64,000 nt of DNA from Bugula neritina (Eukaryota; Animalia; Bryozoa), in NCBI GenBank assembly GCA_964035545.1, contig OZ037767.1, positions 32,132,628 through 32,196,627 on the forward strand, read 5' to 3'. A program made the position numbers and the translations under genes. Below the pieces are notes generated by a model. That model saw only the letters and a list, made by a program, of their open reading frames with translations. It did not search any database and was not told where the DNA came from. Shown piece by piece: positions 1-14,405 of this stretch. Position 1 is the stretch's first letter, and every line of letters starts with the position of its first letter.

Positions 1-2248
1 TAAGCAACTATTTGTAAAAACAAATGATGACCTGGGCTACTAATTTTTCTATCACTGCACCCAATTATATTGGTTACGATTAATATTTTTAAAAGATAAA
101 ATTATTATAACTGAGTATAAATATGAATATAAATTATATCGATGTCAACTTTAAATTGAACAACTATTTTACTTTTAGTAGAACTTTAAATATAAACATA
201 AATCTGGCCCTGTAAATAAAAACTCTATTTGTAACAAATTAAATATAATCTCAATAATAATTACAGATTAAAGTAATACAAAGTTAAATAATAGACATTA
301 AATATAATTAGTATTACTATAACTAATAGTAAAACTAAATGGAATAGCTACTAAATACTAATACTAATAGAGTAATACTATTGCTAATATTAATAATCAT
401 AATGACAGTGTAATATTATTTTTAAAATGAATATTATTATATTTATAAATAATTATAACTATAAGTATAATAACATTAAATCAAATCAATAAAATTAAAT
501 GTATAGTTAGTAATTGTAATTAAAATCATCAATAAAAGTAATTTTACAATCATACGAGTTGCAACTTTAACTTGCATTAGCATTGCCACTAGACTTAAAA
601 GATGGTGATGCATTAAAACTGAATGTTTATCACTTAAACTTAAAGTTTATGTGATCATCAGACAATGACATCGTCATCAGGCTTAGCCGTAACGTTAGGA
701 AAATTCTTAGGCTTATGGCTATGCTTGATTGGACTAAAGTTTGTCTAAAGTCATTGGGCCAAAATTAATAATTAGTTTCAGACTTATTTTTAATAACACG
801 GTTGTTGAGGATGAAATAATGTAGGTGTACCCCTTATGATTAAAATGAGTATGTGATAAAGTTGAACCACAAGTTTGAGTTTTCTAAGTAACTTGGAATT
901 TGTGTTCATATCAATGGTTACAACTTACAAAGTCAAACTAGTAAATGTTAGCGCGTGAGTGAATTACTATTTGAACTGACTTGAGAAAATATATAAAAAT
1001 ACTTAGCATCAGATATAATAGTTATATATATTGCGTATCTCAAGCTAAAACAAAGATTAGTGATTCCAATTTGATGGTAATTCTCACAATCGTTACAAAG
1101 GGTCAATAGGTCAAAGGGTTGGAATAAATAAATCGTTCTAAATCGCGATTGTATGAAGTTTGATATATTAGTTCGGGCCAAAGGTCCAACTCAGACGGTC
1201 TACTCCAAAGGCTTGAAGGTTATATATCACGCTGGTCTGATCTAGCCCATCTTCTTAGCCCGACTAAATACATGTCCCACGGGCTCTAACTTTACTACTA
1301 GTAGTATTATAACGATAGTTGTTGCCGCCAAACTTTCACCTGCTTTCTCATAGATTTTATAAAGTCCATGATCAGCATCACTTTAATTTTATTAATTTGG
1401 TATAATCACTACCTATAGGCTATGTCATTTATCATTTATTATTCATACTGCATTTTGAAATTAACTAATTAAATTTAAATTAAAACTTAAAGTCTAAATT
1501 AAATTTACTATTTACTAATTTAGTCAATACTCAAGTCAATACTGAGACTTATACTTATACTTATATTCAAACTGATAGTGACACTGATACTCATAATATT
1601 AATTATACTTAATCTTATAGTTATAGTAATCATGGTGACTGGGTCTGGTGAGTGATGGGCAAATTCTGACTCACTGGTGGTCATAATGATAATAATTATA
1701 TTTATCATGATAATGATATTGATATAATATTAATAATTTGGCATTAGTCATTACCGATTACGGGTTACTCTGTGAGTGAGTGTTATTATAAATAATAATC
1801 GGAATATAGTAAAGTAAGTAATACTAATACAATACTAATACTAATAGTAATACTAATAGTAGTAAATGTAATAGTTATAACATATAAATTTATGGCCATG
1901 GTGATGGTGATTATCATTATAATTATTATTATGCTCATCATTAATGATTATGGCAGTATTTAGAGTTAATGTATTTCTAACTGTTGGACCTAGTTAATTT
2001 TAGGATTCCAATATGAATAATTGTTACTACTACCTACTCTATTGTTTATTTTAGCCATTAAGTACAATACTCTACACAAGGCTAGGCTAATGTTAGATTA
2101 GATTGCCATCACATATAATATCCATTTTTCTTATAATATCATTCAATTTATAATTAAAGTGCGACTTGTATGCAATTGGTGATAGCCTGCAAACGTGTGG
2201 TGTTGGTGACATGGTAGCACATCACTCTTTATTCTTGTAGGAGTTGTG

Positions 2249-5200
2249 ATGGGTGACAGTTATGATGAAGCTGCCGAAAAGCCAACGTAAGGTGTATAAG
2301 TTCAAGGTCATTTTTGTATTTTTGCTTGAAATTAAAAACCGCTTAATTTGCGTGGCATCTATCCCTTAAAATAAAAGTTTGGTTATTTATATTTTTTTTT
2401 ATTCAAGTTAAATTACAGATTACCATTTTACCTTTGAGAATTATATGTTTGTTGAAAATATTTCTCAGTATGATTTGTTCTGTCAATAAACTTGTTATGA
2501 CTTATTTTGTTTATACACCTGGTTGTCTGTAAGGAGCAATGAATCTAACCTTCTATTTAAGAAACACAATCTTGAAATACTATTCATTGTATTTAATATT
2601 TACACTTGGCGGAGTGTGATGCACATTGTTACGTTACGTTAAGCATGGTGTCGCTGCTGAAGCTGCCCGCCAAGATTGGCACGTCGTCTGATTCCTCACA
2701 CACGGCCAATCCCGATAGTCGGTCTGCAGAAGACAAACTCTGGTACCTACAGAATCTGTTCCCCCGACTTGACCACAGCACGGTTACCAGCACTCTCAAT
2801 TCCTCCAACACTCTCGATGAAGCAGAGCAGAAACTTATTAACATAAGTGCCAAGTTGAGCAAACAGGGTATGACGACTTCTCATGTCACTGCATGTGTAT
2901 TTGTACAGCTACACTGTTGGAGTCGGTCAACGTTTGCAATTCTAACTTGATTTATTTTTGATGTTGTAGCTGTTAAACCTAAAAGGAAAAGAATACGCAT
3001 GATGAGTGACAGCAGTAATGAAGATGCCACCTCCCCCATAAGTTCACCGAGTAGCAAGAAACCAGATCTCAGTCTAGCATCTAGTAAGCTAACCGATCCT
3101 CTTCACTCTGTCATTAAGTACTACTAATAGTCACACTGACTACTAGCTGACTGATTGTCACACTGACTACTAGCTGACTGATAGTCACACTGACTACTAG
3201 CTGATAGTCACACTGACTACTAACTGATAGTCACACTGACTACTAGCTGATAGTCACACTAACTGATAGTCACACTAACTGATAGTCACACTGACTGTTA
3301 GTCACACTGACTGTTGTAGGTAGAGCCAAGGTCCCGCAGCAGTTACTAGAGTTGCCAGCCAATCACACTGAGAAAGAGTCAGAAGATGAGGCGAGTAGTG
3401 AAGAGGTATGTGTCATATCAAGTCTGTCTCAGGTCTGTATCAAGTATGTATCAAGTATGTATCAGGTTTGTCTCAGGTCTGTCTCAAGTATGTATCAAGT
3501 ATGTATCAAGTATGTATCAAGTTTGTCTCAGGTCTGTATCAAGTATGTATCAAGTATGTATCAAGAATGTATGGTGTTGTCATTCTCCCAGGAAGTGGTC
3601 AAGTCTAAGACTAAAAGAGAGCTGATAGTCAAGTTCTTCAATGTCGGCACAATTGAGGAGGTGATGAGGATGCCCCGCTGTAAAGAGAAGAAGGCTGAAC
3701 TGATTCTCAGTCTACGACCTTTCTCCAGCTGGGAAGACCTGGTAATATGACCTTCACTGTCTCCTTTATTGAGAATTGCTGCCGAGTCAGCAGACTGGTA
3801 AACTCACACTGTGACACGTTCCTCTCTCTTTCCAGAAGAGCAAGTTTGATGAACACAGAGTGCTGGGTCCGGAGACCATAGAGAACTGCCGGGAACTGAT
3901 AGAAACCCGTCAGGTGGTCATCGACTTGATGGAGAGTTGTGAGAGAATATCAGAGAGATTGTCTCACCACGTCAGTCAGCTGACCAGCAGCGGTGACCTC
4001 GGGGGTCAGCGTATACAACACCAGCCCAGTGAGTCTCCCTCACACCTAGCCTGTTTCCCTCACACCTAGCCTGTCTCTCTCACACCTAGCCTGTCTCTCT
4101 CACACATACTTAGCCTGTCTCCCTCACACCTAGCCTGTCTCCCTCACACATACTTAGCCTGTCTCTCTCACACCTAGCCTGTCTCCCTCCCACCTAGCCT
4201 GTCTCCCTCACACCTAGCCTGTCTCTCTCACACCTAGCCTGTCTCTCTCACACATACTTAGCCTGTCTCTCTCACACCTAGCCTGTCTCTCTCACACATA
4301 CTTAGCCTGTCTCCCTCACACCTAGCCTGTCTCTCTCACACCTACCCTGTCTCCCTCACACCTAGCCTGTCTCCCTCCCACCTAGCCTGTCTCCCTCCCA
4401 CCTAGCCTGTCTCCCTCACACCCAGCCTGTCTCTCTCACACATACTTAGCCTGTCTCCCTCACACCTAGCCTGTCTCTCTCCTACCTAGCCTGTCTCCCT
4501 CCCACCTAGCCTGTCTCTCTCATTCCTAGCCTGTCTCCTCTACACCTAGCCTGTCTCCCCTACACCTAGCCTGTCTCTCTCCCACCTAGCCTGTCTCTCT
4601 CACACCTAGCCTGTCTCCCTCACACCTAGCCTGTCTCTCTCACACCTAGCCTGTCTCCCCTACACCTAGCCTGTCTCTCTCACACCTAGCCTGTCTCTCT
4701 CACACATACTTAGCCTGTCTCCCTCACACCTAGCCTGTCTCTCTCACACATACTTAGCCTGTCTCTCTCACACCTAGCCTGTCTCTCTCACACCTACCCT
4801 GTCTCCCTCACACCTAGCCTGTCTCCCTCACACCTAGCCTGTCTCTCTCCCACCTAGCCTGTCTCTCTCACACCTAGCCTGTCTCCCTCACACCTAGCCT
4901 GTCTCTCTCACACCTAGCCTGTCTCCCCTACACCTAGCCTGTCTCTCTCACACCTAGCCTGTCTCTCTCACACATACTTAGCCTGTCTCCCTCACACCTA
5001 GCCTGTCTCCCTCGCACATACTTAGCCTGTGCTCTATCTGTTTGCAGATCTCATCAATGAAGGTCTCAAACTCAAGTCTTACCAACTCATAGGAATAAAC
5101 TGGTTGCTGTTGCTATACCAGCAGAAAGTTGACGGAATACTGGCGGATGAGATGGGGCTGGGCAAGACATCCCAAACTATAGCCTTCTTAGCTTATCTTC

Positions 5201-5270
5201 TAGAACAGGGCAATGCGGGGCCTCACCTTATCATCGTCCCCTCCTCCACCTTAGGTACTCCCATGTGTTC

Positions 5271-5342
<72 letters not shown>

Positions 5343-7796
5343 ACCTGTATATCTCACCTGTATATCTCACTTATATGACTCACCTGTATGACTCACTTGT
5401 ATGACTCACCTGTATATCTCACCTGTATTCTGTAACAGAGAACTGGGCCGTGGAGCTCTCCCGCTGGTGTCCGTCCCTCAAATACCTCGTGTATCACGGC
5501 AGCGTCACAGAGAGACGAGATCTCCGTCAGCAGATCTTCTACGATAAGGAGTCGTACAACATAATTCTCTCCACGTGAGTTCTAGTGTTCAGCACTGATG
5601 TATAGTCTTGTAGTTGTTATGGTAACTGTAGCCCCAGTGTCTGCTCGCAGGTACAATGTCCTGATGTCTACAGTAGATGACAAGCAAGTCTACAAGAAGC
5701 TAACCTTTCAATACACGGTGCTGGATGAAGCCCACCTCCTCAAGAATATGACCTCCATTAGGTTTAAGAATCTCATGAAAATACAGGTAATGCTCTACCT
5801 GACAGGTACAGCTAGTAATACTCTACCTGACAGGTACAGCTAGTAATACTCTACCTGACAGGTACAGCTGGTCTAGTAATACTCTACCTGACAGGTACAG
5901 CTAGTCTTTCTGGTTGCAGTCAGTGAGACGTCTGCTACTGACAGGAACTCCCTTCCAGAACGACCTGGTGGAACTCATGTCTCTCCTCTGCTTTGTCATG
6001 CCTCACATGTTCATCAACAAGGAGGATCAGTTGAAGAAGATGTTCACCTCTCTGTCTGTACGTCTCTTTGTTCTGTGTATTGATTTCACACTCACAGTGA
6101 TTTCACACTCACATTGATTTCACACTCACATTGATTTCACACTCACAGTTGTTTAATACTCACATTGATTTGACGCTCACATTGATTTAATACTCACAGT
6201 GATTTGACACTCACATTGATTTAATACTCATAGTGATTTGACACTCACATTGATTTAATAATCACAGTGATTTGACACTCACATTGATTTAATACTCACA
6301 TTGATTTGATACTCACAGTGATTAAATAATCACAGTGATTTGACACTCACATTGATTTAATACTCACATTGATTTCACACTCACATTGATTTGACACTCA
6401 CAGTTGTTTAAAACTCACAGTGATTTCACACTCACATTGATTTCACACTCACAGTTGTTTAATACTCACATTGATTTGACGCTCACATTGATTTAATAAT
6501 CACAGTGATTTGACACTCACATTGATTTAATACTCACATTGATTTGACACTCACATTGATTTAATACTCACATTGATTTGATACTCACAGTGACGTATCA
6601 CTTGTATTGTCTCACAACCTCCTATGCAATTCATGATCATGTTTTAAACTGCTTTATCTGAGATTCTAGCGGAGAACTTTTTACTCCAATTCTGTTAACG
6701 GTACTGACACCACCGTAAGGATATCCTGCACTGCTGCTGGCTCTTCCTTGTTAGTCTTTAGAGTTAACCTCTCTATTATAGGTAGAAATACAATCTACAG
6801 GCTTTACACAGTTGTGTTCATTATGGAAAAGTATTAAAATAAGAGTTGGAGTTTGTTAGACAATTGACTGGTTAGCCTGTGAACTGGACGTTGTGTTTTA
6901 CAGAGGAAGGGCGTTGGCACTAACTCCTCCACAAAGTCCTTTGAGGCTGAGAGAATCTTGCATGCTAAGAACATAATGAAGCCGTTTGTGCTGAGACGGT
7001 TAAAGAAAGATGTGCTGAAAGAACTTCCCAACAAGTACAACCACGTGGAGTACGTCAGCATGTGTCCAGCCCAGCAGCAACTCTACTCACAGCTGGCTGA
7101 GAAATACAGCAACCCAGTGAGTGGCGAGGAGACGGCCAAGTTAGATGCAATCTCTCAGCTTAGATTCACTGCGAACCACCACTTGTTGCTAAGACACCGA
7201 TATACAAATAGTATGCTGAAGAAAATGGCTAGTAGGATAATCAGAAAGGTTTGTGATATAGTGGCTTTTATGTGATAATATACTGTACGCTATACACTAT
7301 GATAATATACTGTACACTATACGCTATGATAATATACTATACGCTATACACTATGATAATATGCTATACACTATACACTATAATAATATGCTATACACTA
7401 TACGCTATACACTATGATAATATGCTATACACTATACACTATAATAATATGTTATACGCTATACACTATGACAATATGCTATACGCTATATACTATGATA
7501 ATATGCTATACACTATACACACGAAGGAGCCCACTCACACTGACTGCAATGAAGAGTACGTGTTTGAGGACATGCAGGTGATGAGTGACTACGAACTCCA
7601 CTCCCTCTGTCTCAACTACTCCAGTATGAGGAAATTCTCCCTCACCGACCAAGATATCCTCTGTTCCGGCAAATTCCAGCAGCTCGACCTCATGTTACCT
7701 CTTATCAAGGAAAAGGTACTACTAGTGTTGTACTACTAGTAGTAATAGTACTACTATATACTACTATAGTACTACTAGCACTATATACTACTACTA

Positions 7797-7846
<50 letters not shown>

Positions 7847-10800
7847 ACAGCGCTACTAGTATTATATGCTACTACTACTACTAGTATTACCATAGTACTG
7901 CTACTACTAGTGATACTACTACTACTATTTATACTATTACTAGTACTAGTAATACTATACTGCTGCTACTACTAGCACTACTAGTGATACTACTGTATAC
8001 TACTATACACTATACTGTATACTACTATACACTATACTGTATACTACTATACTACTATACTGTATACTACTATACACTATACTGTATACTACTATATGTT
8101 GTTTTCTTGCAGGGAGAGAAAGTACTAATATTCAGTCAATACAAACTCGTGTTGAACATTCTTGAAGATTATCTGCGCCTGAGAAGCCATTCCTACCTGC
8201 GCCTAGATGGCAGCACACAGGTAGCTGACAGGTAATACTCAGGTAGTACTCAGGTAGTTCACTGGTAGTACTCAGGTAGCTGACAGGTAATACTCAGGTA
8301 GTACTCAGGTAGCTCACAGGTAGTACTCAAGTAGCTTACAGGTAGTGTTCAGGTAGCTCACAGGTGATACTCAGGTAGCTCACAGGTGATACTCAGGTAG
8401 CTCACAGGTGATACTCAGGTAGCTCACAGGTGATACTCAGGTAGCTCACAGGTAGTACTATTGTTTGCAGACTGTCCATGATAGATCAGTTCCGAGATGA
8501 CCCTGATCTCTTCGTGTTCATCCTGTCAACGAGGGCCGGCGGTCTCGGCATTAATCTCACTGTAGCCAACAACGTCATCATCCACGACATCGACTGGAAC
8601 CCCCACAACGACAAGCAGGCTGAGGACAGGTGTCACAGGCTAGGCCAGGAGAAGTGAGTCTATATTCATATGATATGTTGTGATATGATATACTTTGATA
8701 TAGTAATATATGTCGTGATATGATATACTTTGATATAGTAATATATGTCGTGATATGATATACTTTGATATAGTAATATATGTCGTGATATGATATACTT
8801 TGATATAGTAATATATGTCGTGATATGATATACTTTGATATAGTAATATATGTCGTGATATGATATACTTTGATATAGTAATATATGTTGTGATATGATA
8901 TACTTTGATATAGTAATATATGTTGTGATATGATATACTTTGATATAGTAATATATGTTGTGATATGATATACTTTGATATAGTAATATATGTTGTGATA
9001 TGATATACTTTGATATAGTAATATATGTTGTCATATGATATACTTTGATATAGTAATATATGTTGTGATATGATATACTTTGATATAGTAATATATGTTG
9101 TCATATGATATACTTTGATATAGTAATATATGTTGTGATATGATATACTTTGATATAGTAATATATGTTGTGGTATGATATATTGTGATGTGGTATGATA
9201 TGTCCTGGTAATCTTGTAGAGATGTCTACGTAACGCGCCTCGTCTCCAAGGGAACTATTGAGGCGGCCATGTTGGCTAAAGCAGATTTCAAACTGGACTT
9301 AGAGCGGCAAATTCAAAGTGAGTCAGTCAGTAGCTGGAGTTGTGGCTCTTGCAATGTGAAGCCATTAGTTTGTGTTTCAATGGAGTTGTCTTGCCTTTTT
9401 GGAACTCCTTGTAGGAAGTTATTACTATTTGAGAAAGTGAATGATGCCATCATACTCTAGTAATTATCTTGAGAGAGTTGAGGTTTTGGTCTGTGCATGT
9501 ATTGATTAGTCATTAGATATATCTCATTTAGTTCTAGTAATTAACCTGCCATCTGGTGCACGAGTTGTTTCCATGGTAACAGGTGTAATCCAAAGCAACA
9601 TCTTCCTTGTATAGCTTTCTCTGACTCAGCAGTGTAATCAGTGAGCTTAATGAGCTGTTTACACTCATAAGTTTAGCAACTCTCTTGTCCTTTTATATCC
9701 CTGTATCATTATATCTTATCATAGTATCATTATATCCCTGTATCATAGTATCCCTGTATCATTATATCCCTGTATCATAGTATCCCTGTATCATTATATC
9801 CCTGTATCATTATATCCCTGTATCATAGTATCCCTGTATCATTATATCCCTGTATCATAGTATCCCTGTATCATTATATCCCTGTATCATTATATCCCTG
9901 TATCATTATATCCCTGTATCATTATATCCCTGTATCATTATATCCCTGTATCATTATATCCCTGTATCATTATATCCCTGTATCATTATATCCCTGTATC
10001 ATTATATCCCTGTATCATAGTATCCCTGTATCATAGTATCCCTGTATCATTATATCCCTGTATCATTATATCCCTGTATCATAGTATCCCTGTATCATTA
10101 TATCCCTGTATCATTATATCCCTGTATCATAGTATCCCTGTATCATAGTATCCCTGTATCATAGTATCCCTGTATCATTATATCCCTGTATCATTATATC
10201 CCTGTATCATAGTATCCCTGTATCATTATATCCCTGTATCATTGTATCCCTGTATCATAGTATCCCTGTATCATTATATCCCTGTATCATTATATCCCTG
10301 TATCATAGTATCCCTGTATCATAGTATCCCTGTATCATAGTATCCCTGTATCATTATATCCCTGTATCATTATATCCCTGTATCATTATATCCCTGTATC
10401 ATAGTATCCCTGTATCATTATATCCCTGTATCATAGTATCCCTGTATCATTATATCCCTGTATCATTGTATCCCTGTATCATAGTATCCCTGTATCATTA
10501 TATCCCTGTATTATTATATCCCTGTATCATTATATCCCTGTATCATTATATCCCTGTATCATTATATCCCTGTATCATTATATCCCTGTATCATTGTATC
10601 CCTGTATCATAGTATCCCTGTATCATTATATCCCTGTATCATTGTATCCCTGTATCATAGTATCCCTGTATCATTATATCCCTGTATCATTATATCCCTG
10701 TATCATAGTATCCCTGTATCATAGTATCCCTGTATCATAGTATCCCTGTATCATTATATCCCTGTATCATAGTATCCCTGTATTATTATATCCCTGTATC

Positions 10801-13606
10801 ATTATATCCCTGTATCATAGTATCCCTGTATCATTATATCCCTGTATCATTATATCCCTGTATCATAGTATCCCTGTATCATTATATCCCTGTATCATTA
10901 TATCCCTGTATCATTATATCCCTGTATCATAGTATCCCTGTATCATAGTATCCCTGTATCATAGTATCCCTGTATCATTATATCCCTGTATCATTATATC
11001 CCTGTATCATTATATCCCTGTATCATTATATCCCTGTATCACAGTATCCCTGTATCACAGTATCCCTGTATCATAGTATCCCTGTATCATAGTATCCCTG
11101 TATCATTATATCCCTGTATCATTATATCCCTGTATCATTATATCCCTGTATCATTATATCCCTGTATCATTATATCCCTGTATCATAGTATCCCTGTATC
11201 ATAGTATCCCTGTATCATAGTATCCCTGTATCATTATATCCCTGTATCATTATATCCCTGTATCATTATATCCCTGTATCATTATATCCCTGTATCACAG
11301 TATCCCTGTATCACAGTATCCCTGTATCATTATATCCCTGTATCATTATATCCCTGTATCACAGTATCCCTGTATCACAGTATCCCTGTATCATAGTATC
11401 CCTGTATCATAGTATCCCTGTATCATTATATCCCTGTATCATTATATCCCTGTATCATTATATCCCTGTATCATAGTATCCCTGTATCACAGTATCCCTG
11501 TATCATAGTATCCCTGTATCATAGTATCCCTGTATCATTATATCCCTGTATCATAGTATCCCTGTATCATTATATCCCTGTATCATAGTATCCCTGTATC
11601 ATAGTATCCCTGTATCATAGTATCCCTGTATCATAGTATCCCTGTATCATAGTATCCCTGTATCATAGTATCCCTGTATCATAGTATCCCTGTATCATAG
11701 TATCCCTGTATCATTATATCCCTGTATCATTATATCCCTGTATCATAGTATCCCTGTATCATAGTATCCCTGTATCATAGTATCCCTGTATCATTATATC
11801 CCTGTATCATTATATCCCTGTATCATTATATCCCTGTATCATAGTATCCCTGTATCATTATATCCCTGTATCATAGTATCCCTGTATCATAGTATCCCTG
11901 TATCATTATATCCCTGTATCATAGTATCCCTGTATCATAGTATCCCTGTATCATTATATCCCTGTATCATTATATCCCTGTATCATAGTATCCCTGTATC
12001 ATAGTATCCCTGTATCATTATATCCCTGTATCATAGTATCCCTGTATCATAGTATCCCTGTATCATTATATCCCTGTATCATTATATCCCTGTATCATTA
12101 TATCCCTGTATCATAGTATCCCTGTATCATTATATCCCTGTATCATTGTATCCCTGTATCATAGTATCCCTGTATCATTATATCCCTGTATCATTATATC
12201 CCTGTATCATAGTATCCCTGTATCATTGTATCCCTGTATCATAGTATCCCTGTATCATTATATCCCTGTATCATTATATCCCTGTATCATTATATCCCTG
12301 TATCATTATATCCCTGTATCATAGTATCCCTGTATCATTATATCCCTGTATCACAGTATCCCTGTATCATAGTATCCCTGTATCATAGTATCCCTGTATC
12401 ATAGTATCCCTGTATCATAGTATCCCTGTATCATTATATCCCTGTATCATTATATCCCTGTATCATAGTATCCCTGTATCATTATATCCCTGTATCATAG
12501 TATCCCTGTATCATTATATCCCTGTATCATTATATCCCTGTATCATTATATCCCTGTATCATTATATCCCTGTATCATAGTATCCCTGTATCATTATATC
12601 CCTGTATCACAGTATCCCTGTATCATAGTATCCCTGTATCATAGTATCCCTGTATCATAGTATCCCTGTATCATAGTATCCCTGTATCATTATATCCCTG
12701 TATCATTATATCCCTGTATCATTATATCCCTGTATCATTATATCCCTGTATCATTATATCCCTGTATCATAGTATCCCTGTATCATAGTATCCCTGTATC
12801 ATAGTATCCCTGTATCATTATATCCCTGTATCATTATATCCCTGTATCATTATATCCCTGTATCATTATATCCCTGTATCATAGTATCCCTGTATCATAG
12901 TATCCCTGTATCATAGTATCCCTGTATCATTATATCCCTGTATCATAGTATCCCTGTATCATTATATCCCTGTATCATAGTATCCCTGTATTATTATATC
13001 CCTGTATCACAGTATCCCTGTATCATTATATCCCTGTATCATTATATCCCTGTATCATTATATCCCTGTATCATAGTATCCCTGTATCATTATATCCCTG
13101 TATCATTATATCCCTGTATCATTATATCCCTGTATCATTATATCCCTGTATCATAGTATCGTATTATAGTAACATTATATCGCTCTATTGTATCATGTAC
13201 CTGTAGTTAATAAATAGTAACTCATTCTTTTGATTTAATCACCAGCTGACGCTGGTCAGCAGTTTTTAAAAATATCCCATTATGATTCATTTGATTATTC
13301 TGCAGCATTTAAGCCCTCTTTATTACCATGTTTATATATAAACAGCAAAAGCGTTTTCTAATCATCTGTTTTAAGTAATATGACCTGCATGATTTGGTTT
13401 TTGAAATTAATTTATAACTGACTGTTAAATTTGAAAGCCATCGTCAAGCAATCTGTAGAAAGTAGATTGTAGTAGGTATTCCACCTCAGTATATTGTGAG
13501 TTGCCTCCCCTGTGCTGTAGAGGGAGACGCTAAAGATACTAATGTGGACGCTGTCACAATGCTGAAGGAAACTCTCTCCTTATGGACAACTAGTAACAAG
13601 TCATAA
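2249..13606 (+). CDS. SMARCAD1: SWI/SNF-related chromatin remodelling ATPase SMARCAD1/Fun30/Etl1, 16 coding exons, 813 aa
   Basis: Exons 2249-2286, 2644-2867, 2970-3083, 3320-3405, 3592-3741, 3836-4028, 5048-5254, 5439-5574, 5651-5786, 5920-6057, 6904-7248, 7527-7715, 8113-8231, 8471-8653, 9220-9317, 13521-13606. All introns are GT-AG and phases are consistent (2442 nt). SNF2 motifs: [73 protein letters not shown]. An N-terminal CUE-like segment (LQNLFPRLD...LDEAEQKL) and basic NLS-like KPKRKRIR point to the SMARCAD1 subfamily. The first small exon is the least certain. Confidence 0.92.
3125..3316. repeat. Intronic minisatellite (gtcacactgactactagctgata-like, about 15-26 nt units)
   Basis: Direct tandem copies visible. 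Confidence 0.85.
3410..3565. repeat. Intronic 11-nt repeat (tatcaagtatg/tctcaggtctg)
   Basis: Tandem copies. Confidence 0.85.
4032..5030. repeat. Intronic 20/24-nt minisatellite (cacacctagcctgtctctct)
   Basis: About 1 kb of tandem copies filling SMARCAD1 intron 6. Confidence 0.95.
5275..5428. repeat. (TA)n microsatellite followed by tcacctgtat repeats
   Basis: Direct inspection. Confidence 0.9.
5787..5905. repeat. About 28-nt repeat (gtaatactctacctgacaggtacagcta) starting at the donor site
   Basis: About 4 copies. Confidence 0.85.
6078..6592. repeat. 17-nt minisatellite (tgatttcacactcacat)
   Basis: About 30 diverged copies. Confidence 0.9.
7272..7520. repeat. About 27-nt repeat (ctatacactatgataatatgctata...)
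   Basis: Tandem copies. Confidence 0.85.
7716..8095. repeat. (TAC)n-derived low-complexity repeat
   Basis: Direct inspection. Confidence 0.85.
8218..8458. repeat. 11/22-nt CAGGT-containing repeat spanning an exon/intron junction
   Basis: caggtagctca/caggtgatact units beginning inside exon 13. Confidence 0.9.
8670..9200. repeat. 35-nt minisatellite (tgatatgatatactttgatatagtaatatatgtyg)
   Basis: About 15 near-identical copies. Confidence 0.95.
9695..13160. repeat. 16-nt satellite (tatccctgtatcat-ta/ag), about 3.45 kb
   Basis: Roughly 215 copies in the last SMARCAD1 intron. Confidence 0.98.
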
Positions 13607-13926
13607 CTACTACCTCTAGAGCTCTTTGAGATTCTGTGAGAGCTCATTGGTACAGTTTGTAGACAAAGACACCCTGTAGATCTCAATGCTGTATACTCAC
13701 ACCCTGTAGATATCATACACTCGCACCTTGTGAAGCTATGGACACATGTCTTCTCTCAAACAGTCCGATGTTCGCATTGATAAACAAATACCTTAGAGAA
13801 CCTTGTTTTAGCTGTCTCACCACAAACCGTGTAAAGTTTATTTTTATCTCGAGGTCTGTCGCACTTTGTGCAATATTTTGCCAAAAGTTTCATTATTTTT
13901 GTAATGATATTCCATTTTATATAGTC

Positions 13927-13932
13927 AATAAA
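13927..13932 (+). promoter_or_regulatory. Putative polyadenylation signal of SMARCAD1
   Basis: AATAAA about 320 nt after the stop codon, followed by T-rich sequence. Confidence 0.4.
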
Positions 13933-14129
13933 ATAATAATTTTATTTGCTTCACTTCTTAAAGCTTACGTTGGCTACTGAGTTTCAAAGGATACTCTTTT
14001 TGTTTCTACTTTGTTTCCCTGTACTAACATCTTACACAAGAGTCAGCGAAAGGTGCTGCCCTGTGTGATGGCTGATGGTACATAAATTACCTTACTTAAC
14101 TAAGCCGGGCTACCATACCTCCACCATAC

Positions 14130-14405
14130 CTGTCCAGCTGTTGCACCACACTGGGCCAGCTGTACCACACTGGGCCAGCTGTTGTACCACACTGGGCCAG
14201 CTGTACCACACTGGGCCAGCTGTTGCACCACAATGGGCCAGCTGTTGTACCACACTGGGCCAGCTGTACCACGCTGGGCCAGCTGTACCACACTGGGCCA
14301 GCTGTACCACACCGGGCCAGCTGTACCACACTGGGCCATGTGTACCTTACCGGGCCAGCTGTACCACACTGGGCCATGTGTACCTTACTGGGCCAGCTGT
14401 ACCCT
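14130..14405. repeat. 19/22-nt GC-richer intergenic minisatellite (ctgggccagctgtaccaca)
   Basis: Tandem copies. Confidence 0.9.

Noticed and set aside
1-2200. ORFs 948-1181 and 1520-1708, and possible RNA genes
   Set aside because: AT-rich low-complexity upstream/intronic sequence; no tRNA or rRNA structure recognised anywhere in the window
9695-13160. CRISPR-like array
   Set aside because: Units are contiguous with no unique spacers, there are no cas genes, and the context is eukaryotic
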